The notes under the pieces: generated by a model | What the model saw: the letters and a program-made list of their open reading frames with translations, nothing else | Told to the model about the DNA's origin: nothing | Database searches by the model: none | Made by a program: the position numbers and the translations under genes | In this document: piece after piece, positions 18,518 through 29,043 of the stretch | How positions within the stretch are numbered: position 1 is the stretch's first letter | Layout: the number at the start of each line of letters is the position of its first letter | Source: Candidatus Bathyarchaeia archaeon | GTDB lineage: Archaea > Thermoproteota > Bathyarchaeia > Bathyarchaeales > Bathycorpusculaceae | Direction: 5' to 3' | Assembly: GCA_050010515.1 (NCBI GenBank) | Contig: JBEKKX010000003.1 | Coordinates: forward strand, 1 to 64,000 | DNA length: 64,000 nt

Positions 18518-19073
18518 ACAAAATACAAGATGACTTAGCTTATAAAGAGTCCACGAAGTATTTAGGCGCAAATCTTACTTTACCCAGTCGAAATAGCGTC
18601 AACATGCTAAAAAACGGTCAGAAAAGGTCATAAAGGCTTTAACGGGTGTAATGAGCGCCTATTTGTTTAGCGTTGCTCCGTTTCTCATGTCAGTTGGGAA
18701 GTTTCCTTAATCTTCAATATTTCTTAAAAATCTCATAATTTTTGCAATTTGCTCTACCGTAGCATAGTCGACTTTTTGTTCTTGTTCTATATTTTTGAGC
18801 GGAATAGCGTTCGCCATATACAAAGTATTGGTTGCTTTTGTTATAACGATTATGTTAGCAGATACTTCGAACTTCGAAGTAGCGGGAAAGCCGTGGCTAA
18901 GCGTTTTAACGTTTTTATGTGTTTTTTGGGCATGTTGACAAAGCGAAATTGCCTTTTATTTTGTTTTTTTCTTGATTTTTGTTAGTCTGTTGAAGGAATC
19001 AGTCAGTTATGATGGAAATTGCTTCGATTTTGCAAGTAAAAGTTATATGCTTAAGATGATGTTCACTTTGTTT

Positions 19074-19349
19074 ATGACAGATAAAATTCACTGTGCGCAC
19101 ATACTCGTCAAGACAGAAACAGAAGCAAAAAACATTAAAGCTCGACTTGACAAGGGTGAAAAATTCGGCTCCATCGCCAAAAACGTTTCTCTATGTCCAT
19201 CCGCAAAGAACAGCGGAGACCTTGGCACTTTTACAAGGGGCAAGATGGTTAAGGAGTTTGAGAAAGCTGCTTTCGCGCTTGAGAAAGGTCAAACTTCCGG
19301 TCCTGTAAAGACACAGTTTGGGTACCACATAATTAAACGGTTAGAATAA
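19074..19349 (+). CDS. Parvulin-type peptidyl-prolyl isomerase
   Basis: HCAHILVK, SLCPS..SGDLG.F.RG.MVKEFE.AAF, PVKTQFGYHII. Confidence 0.95.
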   Translation: MTDKIHCAHILVKTETEAKNIKARLDKGEKFGSIAKNVSLCPSAKNSGDLGTFTRGKMVKEFEKAAFALEKGQTSGPVKTQFGYHIIKRLE

Positions 19350-19442
19350 CAAATTGCGCAATAACTAAAGTTAACTTTATAGCGCCTACGTTATACCGCA
19401 GACTTAATCCATAACACTAGCATTAAAAATACAGGCTAACCA

Positions 19443-20186
19443 ATGATGAACAACCCAAAACTATCCCGAAATGAACACATGCTAATTCTTGTTTGCATAG
19501 TGTTTCTTGCAGGTTTTTTGCTTGTCACATTTTTTAGATCAAGCTTCCACTCATTTGATGTTGGAGTTAACGTTTGGATTCCATCGATTCAATCAAGCGC
19601 ATTCACTGGTATAGCCGAAGGAATTGCGGTTGTTTTTGATACTTCCATTCTATTGCTATTTTCCTTGGCGCTTGCGGCTTATCTTTTCATCAAGAACCAC
19701 AGAGCCGAGAGTTTATTTCTGCTTGGCGCAATGGGTGGAGATGCTTTAATCGTTTGGTTCGTTAAAGGTTTGGTTCAATCGCCCAGGCCTTTGAATGGAT
19801 TAGTTGTTGATTCTGGGTTTTCTTTTCCAAGCGGTCATGCTGCTGGAAGTATAGTATTTTGTGGTTCCCTTGCTTTTTTTGCGTGGCAGCACTGGAAAAG
19901 TACAAGAGAGCGAGCCTCGATTGGTACAGGAGTTGTTGTAGTAACGTCTGTGGTGAGTTTCAGTCGAATATATTTGAACGTTCACTGGTTTAGCGATGTT
20001 CTTGGTGCAAGTATGCTTGGGGTTTTCTGGCTGTCTTTTGCCATTTTATTGTTCAAGCTCTTGAAGGACATGGGTAAGTTTGAATCCGAAAGATTCCGCG
20101 TGATCTCTTTGCCTCTCTTTGTTGTTGCTACTGTTATTGGTATTGTTGTAGCCGTTTTTTTTGCCCAGAATGGGTTGCTTGGTTAA
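19443..20186 (+). CDS. PAP2-family membrane phosphatase
   Basis: K...SPRP, SFPSGH, SRIYLNVHWFSDV. Confidence 0.92.
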   Translation: MMNNPKLSRNEHMLILVCIVFLAGFLLVTFFRSSFHSFDVGVNVWIPSIQSSAFTGIAEGIAVVFDTSILLLFSLALAAYLFIKNHRAESLFLLGAMGGDALIVWFVKGLVQSPRPLNGLVVDSGFSFPSGHAAGSIVFCGSLAFFAWQHWKSTRERASIGTGVVVVTSVVSFSRIYLNVHWFSDVLGASMLGVFWLSFAILLFKLLKDMGKFESERFRVISLPLFVVATVIGIVVAVFFAQNGLLG

Positions 20187-20287
20187 TTATTTTCCTGCTT
20201 GTTTTCAAACAAAAGATATATCTTTTTCAGACACATTTATATTGATAAATACCAAATATTCACGTGCCAACATAAAGAGAAAAATTT

Positions 20288-22399
20288 ATGACAAAAGTAC
20301 GCGACCCCGTATGTGGCATGGATGTTGACACGGAAACAGCCATAAGCCGCAAAATAGGCGACCGAACCTACTATTTCTGCAGCCAACAATGCGCCGACGT
20401 CTACACTGCGCCAGAACGCGAATTAAAAGCGATGCAGCGCAGAGTAGCAGTTACCTTAATTGGCGTGGTAGCAGCTGTTGGCTTGCGAGTGCTCACACTT
20501 TTCGGTTTAGTAGCCGCCATCATGTATTTTGACATAGTCGGTGGACTAAGAGTCTACGACCTTGCAATATTCATTGTATCAACACCCGTGGTCTGGATAG
20601 CAGGCATCAGGATATACAAGGGGGCATACCTGTCGCTTAGAAACCGAAACGTAAACATGGATGTGCTAGTCACTGTCGGTGTCTTAGCAGGCTGGATTTA
20701 CGGAGTTATAACCGTGTTTTTCCTACCTGCTGCCCAAGCCCAAGCAGGCTCAGGCTACCTGGAAATAGCCATCGGCATCCTAGCCTTCGTTTTACTAGGT
20801 AAATACATCGAAGAATTAATTCGACGCCGCTCCGCCGCATCAATACGAAAACTGCTCGAACTTCAACCAACCATGGCCAGAGTCGTCAGAGACGGAAAAG
20901 AAACCGACATGCCAATAGAGGAAGTGCAAGTAGGCGACACAATTATCGTTAAACCAGGCGAAAAAATCCCAATTGACGGTACCGTAACCGCAGGCTACTC
21001 ATCAGTAGACGAAAAACTCCTCACAGGAGAAAGCATCCCTGTCGAGAAAACTGTCGGAAGCGAAGTCATTGGCGCCACAATCAACAAAACTGGGCTCTTA
21101 ACCATAAAAGCCACAAAAGTCAGCGACGAAACCGCTCTATCACAAATAGTCCACCTTGTTGAAGAAGCCCAAGCTTCAAGTGCTCCAGTACAAAGGTTTG
21201 CCGATCGTGTCATCAGATGGTTTGTCCCCATGATATTCACTGTTGCGGCCATATCATTTGGCTATTGGTACATAACAAGCGGCTTCACAATAGCATTCCT
21301 AGCATTCCTCGCTGTCCTGTTAATCTCTTGCCCATGTGCTTTAGGCATAGCAACTCCGACAGCCATTCTTGCAGGTGTCGGAAAAGGCGCCGAGTACGGT
21401 GTACTGCTTCGCAGTGGAGAATATGTTGAAAAAGCTAGAAAACTCACAACCGTCATATTCGACAAAACCGGCACCTTGACAAAGGGAGAACCAAGCGTAA
21501 CCGACGTTAAAATCTACAACGCCTACACTCAACAAAGCGTGCTGCGATATGCAGGTGCCGCTGAGAAAGGTTCAGAACATCCCTTGGCAGAAGCAATACT
21601 CGCCAAAGCCGAAGCCGACAAAGTTAACATTTTTCAATCTGACAGTTTTGAAGCCTTACCCGGCAGAGGCGTCCAATGCAAAGTTGAAGGCAAAGCAGTG
21701 CTACTTGGGAACCGCAAGTTAATGCAGGAACAAAACGTTTCCATCAGCGAGTTAGAGGCTGATCTTACAGCGCTGGAAGCGCAGGGAAAAACCGTTATGA
21801 TACTAGCCGTCGATGGTAGTGCTGCTGGGTTAATTGCGGCAATGGACACTCCAAAAGAGAGCGCCTCCGAAGCAATAGAGCAACTCAAGGGCATGAATTT
21901 GGAAGTTGCAATGCTGACTGGAGATAATGAGCGAACTGCCAATGCTATAGCGCAACAGTTAGGAATAACTCAGGTTATTGCGAATGTTCTGCCATGGCAA
22001 AAGGTAGATGTCATCAAAAATTTGCAGAGTGAAGGAAAAATTGTAGCTATGGTTGGTGACGGAATCAACGACGCGCCAGCATTGGCACAGGCAGATATCG
22101 GCATTGCGATTGGAAGCGGAACCGACATTGCCAAAGAAACAGGCGGCATAGTGCTCATAAGAGATGACTTGCGTGATGTAGCCTTAGGTGTTGAGCTAAG
22201 CAAGAAAACGATGCGGAAAATCGATACTAACCTATTTTGGGCTTTCGGTTATAATGTAGTTATGATTCCAATTGCTGCCGCAGGCTTGTTAAATCCAATG
22301 TATGCTGCGGGGGCAATGGCGATAAGCAGTTTAACCGTAGTCAGCAACTCTGCACTTCTGAAGCTGGCTAAGTTTAAATCAAACAAAGTAAATCAATAA
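20288..22399 (+). CDS. copA: Cu(+)-exporting P1B ATPase with N-terminal YHS/TRASH domain
   Basis: [40 protein letters not shown]...P, MAISS. Confidence 0.95.
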   Translation: MTKVRDPVCGMDVDTETAISRKIGDRTYYFCSQQCADVYTAPERELKAMQRRVAVTLIGVVAAVGLRVLTLFGLVAAIMYFDIVGGLRVYDLAIFIVSTPVVWIAGIRIYKGAYLSLRNRNVNMDVLVTVGVLAGWIYGVITVFFLPAAQAQAGSGYLEIAIGILAFVLLGKYIEELIRRRSAASIRKLLELQPTMARVVRDGKETDMPIEEVQVGDTIIVKPGEKIPIDGTVTAGYSSVDEKLLTGESIPVEKTVGSEVIGATINKTGLLTIKATKVSDETALSQIVHLVEEAQASSAPVQRFADRVIRWFVPMIFTVAAISFGYWYITSGFTIAFLAFLAVLLISCPCALGIATPTAILAGVGKGAEYGVLLRSGEYVEKARKLTTVIFDKTGTLTKGEPSVTDVKIYNAYTQQSVLRYAGAAEKGSEHPLAEAILAKAEADKVNIFQSDSFEALPGRGVQCKVEGKAVLLGNRKLMQEQNVSISELEADLTALEAQGKTVMILAVDGSAAGLIAAMDTPKESASEAIEQLKGMNLEVAMLTGDNERTANAIAQQLGITQVIANVLPWQKVDVIKNLQSEGKIVAMVGDGINDAPALAQADIGIAIGSGTDIAKETGGIVLIRDDLRDVALGVELSKKTMRKIDTNLFWAFGYNVVMIPIAAAGLLNPMYAAGAMAISSLTVVSNSALLKLAKFKSNKVNQ

Positions 22400-22426
22400 A
22401 ATGTCTAACGTGAGGTGAAAATGATT

Positions 22427-22591
22427 ATGGCTAAAGATCCAGTTTGCGGCATGATGGTTGACGAGAAAAAAGCAAAATTCAAATCCGATTACAACGGCAA
22501 AACTTTCTATTTCTGCGCAGCCTCCTGCAAAACCACTTTCGACAAAGACCCAGCAAAATTCGCTGGCGGCTCTGGGAAACCAAGGACATAG
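22427..22591 (+). CDS. YHS/TRASH metal chaperone
   Basis: MAKDPVCGMMVD...FYFCAASCKTTFDKDP, with a GAGGTGA RBS. Confidence 0.9.
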   Translation: MAKDPVCGMMVDEKKAKFKSDYNGKTFYFCAASCKTTFDKDPAKFAGGSGKPRT

Positions 22592-22696
22592 TTGCAGTTG
22601 CGGAGGACACTAAACCTTAGTGTTAAGTTTCTGACTGCCATTTAAGCTAAAGTTTCACTGTTGCCTTTTTGACTCACTCGTTAACTGCTTCCTTTT

Positions 22697-23341
22697 CTAG
22701 AATGCGCCCAACAACACATGCTCCGCAAATAGGTCCTCATTGAATGCTCCAACAAACTCTATTTTTTCATTAATAATAATTTTCGGTACACCAATCACAT
22801 TATACTTCATGGCTAAATCTGGAAACTCACTGGTTTCTATCACGTCCGCTTTCACCAAGTCGCTTTCGATAGCCAATTTATGTGCAACAGTCGCCGCAAC
22901 AGGACAATGGGGGCAGGTTAGTGTAACGAAGACTTGAATGTGAACTGGAGATTTGACCTCTTTTAGAATTGACTTAGTCTTGTCTGAAAGGTCCGTTTTG
23001 CCTTTTGAAACGTTAATGATTGCTTCAATTAAAGTTTGAAGTTCATACCCGTATGGTATCCCATAAATTCTCACGCCATAATCTTTCTTGCCAATTATTG
23101 CTAAGGCAGGAATTTTGTCGATGCCGTATTCTTTGGCTTTAGCGGCGTCAGCTACAAAATCGTAAATCTCCGTTGTTATCTTGTCATTGAGAGTGGCTAA
23201 GTCTTGCACTAGTTGCCTTGTGTCAGAGCAGAATCGGCACTCAATCTCTTGAGTAAACATGACAATTTTAACTGGGTCAACCAGTTTCTCCTTGAAATCG
23301 TTTTTAAGCAATTCTTTCTTGTCATCAGGAATCAAACTCAT
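22697..23341 (-). CDS. Protein disulfide oxidoreductase (PDO, two thioredoxin folds)
   Basis: CRFC and CPHC active sites, GIPYGYE, GVPK. Confidence 0.92.
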   Translation of the reverse strand: MSLIPDDKKELLKNDFKEKLVDPVKIVMFTQEIECRFCSDTRQLVQDLATLNDKITTEIYDFVADAAKAKEYGIDKIPALAIIGKKDYGVRIYGIPYGYELQTLIEAIINVSKGKTDLSDKTKSILKEVKSPVHIQVFVTLTCPHCPVAATVAHKLAIESDLVKADVIETSEFPDLAMKYNVIGVPKIIINEKIEFVGAFNEDLFAEHVLLGAF

Positions 23342-23649
23342 AAAACCTACGCCTCAATACACATTGCCGATTTTTGCACTTGGCAAATCTAATAAGTAAA
23401 CTGATAATTCAGGCATATATTGATTATTCATTTTATGCAGGTTTGTTTAAGATGCTGATTGACCTGTGGGATACCGTTTTTTGCTAGTTGAACAACCAAA
23501 CAAAAAGTATACCCCTTAGGGATTTTTTCGGCAATTTCTATAGCAATAGTAAATTATGGCGTTGTTTAAAATTCGTAAACACAATCCATATAAACGCTTG
23601 TAAACATTCAAAACTTGAATTTTGCAACCTTAAATTGGAGTGCAAAAAT

Positions 23650-24069
23650 TTGACTACAAAAATTTATGCAAACGCCAAGTTAATTGAAGGTTTCCAAATA
23701 GCCCTCGATGATGGAGAAGCACACAGCTACATAGTTGACCTTGCACCCGACCTGGGAACAGGGCTTGGAGCTACATCCCTTGAACTTTGCGTCATGAGCC
23801 ACGCAGGCTGCTATGCCACAATCTGTGCCTTGACAGCCAAGAAAATGCGTTTAGAACTCAAAGGGTTAAAAGTTAAAGTTGAAGCAATGAAATCGGATGA
23901 AACAGGAACCATAGCTGAGGAGACCTTTGATATACAAATTAAAACCGATGAGCCGCAGGATAGAGTTGAAAGGCTGCATAAGTTAACGCTTGAAAATTGC
24001 CCTGTAGGAATCCTTTTTGAGAAGGCAGGCGTTAAAATAAATTATAGAGTCAACGTAACAAAGGAGTGA
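23650..24069 (+). CDS. OsmC/Ohr family protein
   Basis: AGC and NCPV conserved cysteines. Likely TTG start at 23650 after GGAG. Confidence 0.85.
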   Translation: MTTKIYANAKLIEGFQIALDDGEAHSYIVDLAPDLGTGLGATSLELCVMSHAGCYATICALTAKKMRLELKGLKVKVEAMKSDETGTIAEETFDIQIKTDEPQDRVERLHKLTLENCPVGILFEKAGVKINYRVNVTKE

Positions 24070-24076
24070 AGATATT

Positions 24077-25264
24077 ATGGTTAATGTTGTTTTGAAGGAA
24101 GGAGTAAACTGGGTTGGAGTTGTCGATTGGAACCTACGAGATTTTCACGGCTACATTACCCGCCGAGGAGGCACCTACAACGCATACTTAATCTCAGATG
24201 AAAAGATAGCACTCATAGACACCGTGAAAAGCACGTTCGCCAATGAACTTATCGAAAACATCTCGAAGTTAACAAGTCTTGAAAAAATTGATTACATAAT
24301 AGTTAACCATGTGGAGATGGACCACTCAAGCAGCCTGCCAGTGATTGCTAAGCTTGCAAAAAACGCCAAGATACTTGCTTCGCAAAGAGGAAAAGACGCC
24401 TTAATCGAGCATTACGGGGCAGACTTCAACGTGGTTGAAACCGTGAAAAGTGGCGATGAACTGAAGCTTGGCAAGCGTACTTTGCGGTTTATTGAGGCAC
24501 CTATGCTGCATTGGCCAGACAGCATGTTCACCTACATAGTTGAAGACAAAATCCTTATGCCTAATGACGCTTTCGGGCAGCATCTTGCCAGTTCAGGGCG
24601 CTTTGACGATGAAGTTGATGAGCATGTGCTTATGGAAGAAGCCATAACGTATTATGCTAATATTCTGATGCCTTTTGCACCACTCATAACAAGGAAGATT
24701 CAAGAAGTTGTCCAAATGGGGATTCCTATCGACATTATTGCGCCAAGCCACGGCATAATTTGGCGAAAAGACCCGTCGAAAATAATTAATGCTTACTTGA
24801 ACTGGAGCTCCGGCGCAGCCAAACAGAAGGCGGTTGTGGTTTTTGATACCATGTGGGGAAGCACAGACAAAATGGCAAGAGCCATAGCCGACGGCATAAC
24901 CAGCGGAGGCGTCGAAGTTAAACTTCTCAAGCTTCGAGCAACAGACAACACTGACATTGTTACAGAAATTGTCGACGCTAAAGCAGTAATTGTAGGTTCG
25001 CCAACATTAAACAACCAGATGTTCCCAACTTTAGGCTCGTTTTTAACGTACATTACTGGTTTGAAGCCTAAAGGCAAACTATGGGGCTTCTTTGGCTCTT
25101 ACGGCTGGGGAGGCGGAGCAGTTAAAGGCATGGTTGATATGGCGAAAAAGGCTGGCTTTGAAGTGTATGAACCAAGCGTTGAAGTAAAATATGTTCCAGA
25201 CGAGGAAGATTTGAAAAAATGTTTTGATTTTGGGCAGCAAATAGCCCAAAAAATCAAACCTTAA
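24077..25264 (+). CDS. fprA: Flavodiiron protein (O2/NO reductase, FprA type)
   Basis: NHVEMDHS, HWPDSM, DAFGQH, PSHG, and a flavodoxin domain (GSPTLN, FGSYGWGG). Confidence 0.95.
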   Translation: MVNVVLKEGVNWVGVVDWNLRDFHGYITRRGGTYNAYLISDEKIALIDTVKSTFANELIENISKLTSLEKIDYIIVNHVEMDHSSSLPVIAKLAKNAKILASQRGKDALIEHYGADFNVVETVKSGDELKLGKRTLRFIEAPMLHWPDSMFTYIVEDKILMPNDAFGQHLASSGRFDDEVDEHVLMEEAITYYANILMPFAPLITRKIQEVVQMGIPIDIIAPSHGIIWRKDPSKIINAYLNWSSGAAKQKAVVVFDTMWGSTDKMARAIADGITSGGVEVKLLKLRATDNTDIVTEIVDAKAVIVGSPTLNNQMFPTLGSFLTYITGLKPKGKLWGFFGSYGWGGGAVKGMVDMAKKAGFEVYEPSVEVKYVPDEEDLKKCFDFGQQIAQKIKP

Positions 25265-25269
25265 CTTTT

Positions 25270-25773
25270 TTATGTTATTTTCATGAATTTCTCTTTAGGC
25301 GTTGCGCAGATTGGACACTTGTCGGGCGCTGAGCCTTCAAACGTGTTTCCGCAGACGGGGCACACGTAATAGTCTACCGTGGCAGGTTCTTTTTTATTTT
25401 TCAATGCATCAAGTGCTTTCTGGTATAAGCCTGCGTGGATTTGCTCAACCTTGTTTGCGAACTCAAAGCTAATTTCAGCGTGTTTATTTCTTTCCTTCTT
25501 GGCGTCAGCGATGAATTCTGGATACATTTTTTTGAACTCGTATGTTTCTCCAGTAATCGCAGTGCCTAAGTTTTCAGCGGTTGATTTTACTTGTCCAGTT
25601 ACCTGCAAATGGTTTAGAGCGTGGACTGTTTCTGCTTCAGCCGCCGCTTTAAACAGCTTAGCAATCTGTGTTTTTCCTTCTTCCTCTGCCTTCTTAGCGA
25701 AAGCCAAATACAATCTGTTAGCTTGAGATTCGCCTGCGAAAGCAGCTTTCAGGTTCTCATCAGTTTTAGTCAT
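25270..25773 (-). CDS. rbr: Rubrerythrin
   Basis: AFAGESQA, AE.VHA, GETYE, VE..H, C-terminal CPVC/CPIC. Confidence 0.95.
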   Translation of the reverse strand: MTKTDENLKAAFAGESQANRLYLAFAKKAEEEGKTQIAKLFKAAAEAETVHALNHLQVTGQVKSTAENLGTAITGETYEFKKMYPEFIADAKKERNKHAEISFEFANKVEQIHAGLYQKALDALKNKKEPATVDYYVCPVCGNTFEGSAPDKCPICATPKEKFMKIT

Positions 25774-26076
25774 AAAACTCACCAGAAATAGTTAATCAAA
25801 AGCAGGTAATAAGCTATACTAACACCATAAGTAGTAACTTTCTTTTTTAAAGAATTCAGCTCCAATTATGCCTAAGGGGGTCTGTTAAGTCTTCGCGGGA
25901 TTTTACTTCTGGATTATTCGCTGTTAACTGTCGTTGGATGACTTGATTACTACGAGGGTTTCGGTACCTCTTTTCTTGATGGAGCATTCCGCAAATGTCA
26001 CAAAACTCATGTTCTAAAACTTAGAATTAAATATCAGAAGAGCCTAAAGAATCTCACTGGATGCAGCAGTGACGGC

Positions 26077-26703
26077 ATGGATAAAAATCAAAAAATACTC
26101 TTAGCGGTTGTCTTAATTGTAGTGATTGCAGTAAGCGGAATATTCTGGTTTCCTGCAATATTGCGTACGCTGGAACCATCGCGCGCCGGGCCACCCACAC
26201 CAGCAACCAACGTAGAGCAGATAAGCCCACAATATCTCCCAGGATACGTTTTCCAAAGCATTTCGAACTCAAGTGCTGGAACGATTTTTGTATCAGCCAC
26301 AAGAATCTTTTTGGTATCTGCCACCACATATTACGGGTACTCCAACGAAACGCGCCCGCTTAATGGTGCTAATCCTTCTCTCGGTAATTTTATCAGCAAA
26401 GGCGACCCAATTTTCATCATAAACGTCACATTGAGAAACGATTACAACCCTGAAAACCCACTACCCCTATCCACGGATAATCACGCGTTTATTTTCTTGA
26501 CCGCAACCCTCTATTCCCAAAATGTCACAATAAAAGCAAAGGATGTGAGTCCAACAAACCCTGAAGTCGGGCCATATCTCACTGCCTTCCTTGGTTTAAA
26601 TAGCGGGGAAACAGCATCCGTTGAGGTTTGGATCGCGACCAGCAACAGGAACATCGACCATTACGAAATCAACCTCAGCGTCTTCGGCATCCCGCCAGCC
26701 TAA
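26077..26703 (+). CDS. Membrane-anchored extracellular protein (Ig-like fold possible)
   Basis: N-terminal TM, INVTLRNDY, multiple N-x-S/T sequons. Confidence 0.7.
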   Translation: MDKNQKILLAVVLIVVIAVSGIFWFPAILRTLEPSRAGPPTPATNVEQISPQYLPGYVFQSISNSSAGTIFVSATRIFLVSATTYYGYSNETRPLNGANPSLGNFISKGDPIFIINVTLRNDYNPENPLPLSTDNHAFIFLTATLYSQNVTIKAKDVSPTNPEVGPYLTAFLGLNSGETASVEVWIATSNRNIDHYEINLSVFGIPPA

Positions 26704-26928
26704 AGCTTGGTCGCGAAAAAAACTTGAAGTGACGCCTAAATATTACAGAGATGGAACTCATAAAAGAATAATAATTTCCACCCTTTTTTCTTGTCACCAA
26801 TTCTAAAGGAAACCTTTCCCACGACAGGTTAACATTGAGAAGCATCCAACGAGAAGTTAACAGAATCCCCCTAGGCAAAGTATATTAGTTGTTTTTCCCT
26901 TTGGTTTGTTTGATTTTTGGTGAATTTT

Positions 26929-27540
26929 ATGGAGAAAGTAAAATCGTTTAGTCTACCAAAACTACCCTATGACTATAATGCTCTAGCACCATACATTTCA
27001 GAGCAGCAACTAAAACTCCACCACGACAAGCACCATCAAGCCTACGTAAACGGTGCAAACGCAGCTTTTGAAAAACTTGACAAGGCACGCACCGAAAACG
27101 CTGACGTCGACATGAAAGCCATGCTAAAAGAGTTATCCTTCAACGTCGGTGGCCACATCTTGCACACTGCATTCTGGGAAAACATGGCACCCGCAGGCAA
27201 AGGCGGAGGAAAACCAAGCGGAGCCGTAGCCGACATGATTGATATGGGCTTCGGAAGCTTCGAGCGGTTCAAAAAGGAATTCACGATGGCTGCCACAAGC
27301 GTTGAAGGTTCAGGATGGGCTGCCTTAGCTGTCCACCCATGCATCGGAAGACCACTGATAATGCAAATCGAAAAGCACAACGTGAACGTTTACCCAACAG
27401 TCAACATCTTGATGGTTTTGGACGTTTGGGAACACGCGTACTACCTTGACTACAAAAATGAACGGCCAAAATTCGTTGAAGCCTTCTGGAACATCGTCAA
27501 CTGGGACAAAGTTAACAAAAACCTCAGCCTCGTAAAGTAA
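26929..27540 (+). CDS. sod: Fe/Mn superoxide dismutase
   Basis: [24 protein letters not shown]. Confidence 0.97.
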   Translation: MEKVKSFSLPKLPYDYNALAPYISEQQLKLHHDKHHQAYVNGANAAFEKLDKARTENADVDMKAMLKELSFNVGGHILHTAFWENMAPAGKGGGKPSGAVADMIDMGFGSFERFKKEFTMAATSVEGSGWAALAVHPCIGRPLIMQIEKHNVNVYPTVNILMVLDVWEHAYYLDYKNERPKFVEAFWNIVNWDKVNKNLSLVK

Positions 27541-27630
27541 GCTTTCGCTGCTTACTTTTTTTCTTTAGCTTAAACTTTTTTTTGATTAATTTATAAAAAT
27601 AGAAGCGCCCTAAAAAATTAGCGCTTGCCT

Positions 27631-27948
27631 TTATGGTGGTGGGGTGATTTTTATCGCTGCCGCAGGGCATTGCATTTCGCAGGCTAAGCATTGTATACAG
27701 TCTTTCTCGCGGGCAGGGTCAGATTTCCTCTCAGAAAGCGGGTGCCCAGGAGATTCAGCCCAATCATACAGTGAAACGGGGCAAACGTCTATGCATACTC
27801 CGTCTCCGATGCAGGAATCCCAGTCTACAGCGCTGGTTGTTCCATGAATTCCCAGTTTCTGTGGAGCTTCGACTGGTCCCCAAACTTTATGTCCGTTATG
27901 TTCGCCGACAACTTGGCGTTTTGTTTGAAAATCAGGGTCTATTGGCAT
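27631..27948 (-). CDS. zfx: Zinc-containing ferredoxin (Sulfolobus Zfx type, 7Fe)
   Basis: N-terminal IDPDF...VGEHNGHKVWGPVE...LGIHGT, then CIGDGVCIDVCP and CIQCLACEMQCP. Confidence 0.88.
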   Translation of the reverse strand: MPIDPDFQTKRQVVGEHNGHKVWGPVEAPQKLGIHGTTSAVDWDSCIGDGVCIDVCPVSLYDWAESPGHPLSERKSDPAREKDCIQCLACEMQCPAAAIKITPPP

Positions 27949-28058
27949 AAAAATTCACCATATTAAATTCAGAAAATCCTAAATATTAGGCTTTCTACTT
28001 AACGAATTCTTCCACAAAACATTTTGGGGATAACTATCCTATTTCTTAGGTGGTTTGA

Positions 28059-28838
28059 ATGGTTCAATACTACTTGCCCATTGGGATGAGATACTCCACT
28101 CTTGAAGAAAGAAAACAATTCTACAGCTCTGAATTTGACCTTCAAAAAGTTGCCCAATGGTTCGGCAGTCAGAGCCACAGAGTAAAGTTTGCAGTAATCA
28201 TAGGCAGGCACACAAAAATTTACCCCGAAAAATACAAAGAAGACGCATCAACCACCATAATAATCGATGAGTATTCAGGCTTAGAGGACGTGAAAGGGCA
28301 GATAATTGAGTTTTTGCCTGAAGCAGTATACTACGACCGAAACGTATATGATGAAAACGACCACAAGATTGGTCAAGAACTCGCTTTCGACCTTGACCCG
28401 GAAAACATAACTTGTCCAATCCACGGTACCTTAGCGGATAAAATGAAGCGGCAGCAAGGGTTGAGCTTCTGCGAATTAGAACTGGAAATGGTTAAGCAGG
28501 AAACAATACGTCTCTACGAGTTTTTTATGAATCGTTTTTCTGAGGTCAGGGTTGTTTATTCTGGCAGAGGCTTCCACCTTCACATATTAGACCAACAAGC
28601 CTACCTGTTGAATACCAAAGAGAGGCTTGACCTTGCACAGCAAGTAAAAAGCGCTGGGTTTCACATTGATGAATGGGTGACTTCTGGCGAAATGCGTTTA
28701 ATACGACTACCTCACAGCCTAAACGGTTTAGTATCAAGAATCGTGTTACCACTAACAAAAGGTGAACTGGACAGCTTCGACGCTGTCCACGACGAGCGGT
28801 GCCTACCAAAGTTCCTGAGCAAAAAGCTTACTTTTTGA
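28059..28838 (+). CDS. Archaeo-eukaryotic primase (PriS-like) catalytic protein
   Basis: ELAFDLD, CPIH...C, YSGRGFHLH, RLIRLPHSLNG. Confidence 0.85.
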   Translation: MVQYYLPIGMRYSTLEERKQFYSSEFDLQKVAQWFGSQSHRVKFAVIIGRHTKIYPEKYKEDASTTIIIDEYSGLEDVKGQIIEFLPEAVYYDRNVYDENDHKIGQELAFDLDPENITCPIHGTLADKMKRQQGLSFCELELEMVKQETIRLYEFFMNRFSEVRVVYSGRGFHLHILDQQAYLLNTKERLDLAQQVKSAGFHIDEWVTSGEMRLIRLPHSLNGLVSRIVLPLTKGELDSFDAVHDERCLPKFLSKKLTF

Positions 28839-29043
28839 CCTGTTTGGCTTTTTTCTCGGTTTTAGCATAGTAGGCTTTCTTTTTCTTTTCTTCTTCTGCT
28901 TTTGTTGGTTTGGTTGTTTTTGCCATGAAAATCCTCAATTAAAGTTATCTGTAACTCGCATAAAAGATTTTCCAACCACAAAAATAATAGTTGAAAAGTT
29001 TATCTGTCATTCAACATTTCACTTAACTGTGTGAGGCTTTGTT

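Noticed and set aside
28800-28926. Lys-rich minus-strand micro-ORF MAKTTKPTKAEEEKKRK...
   Set aside because: It overlaps the 3' end of the primase-like gene and derives from T-rich terminator-like sequence. Not supportable.
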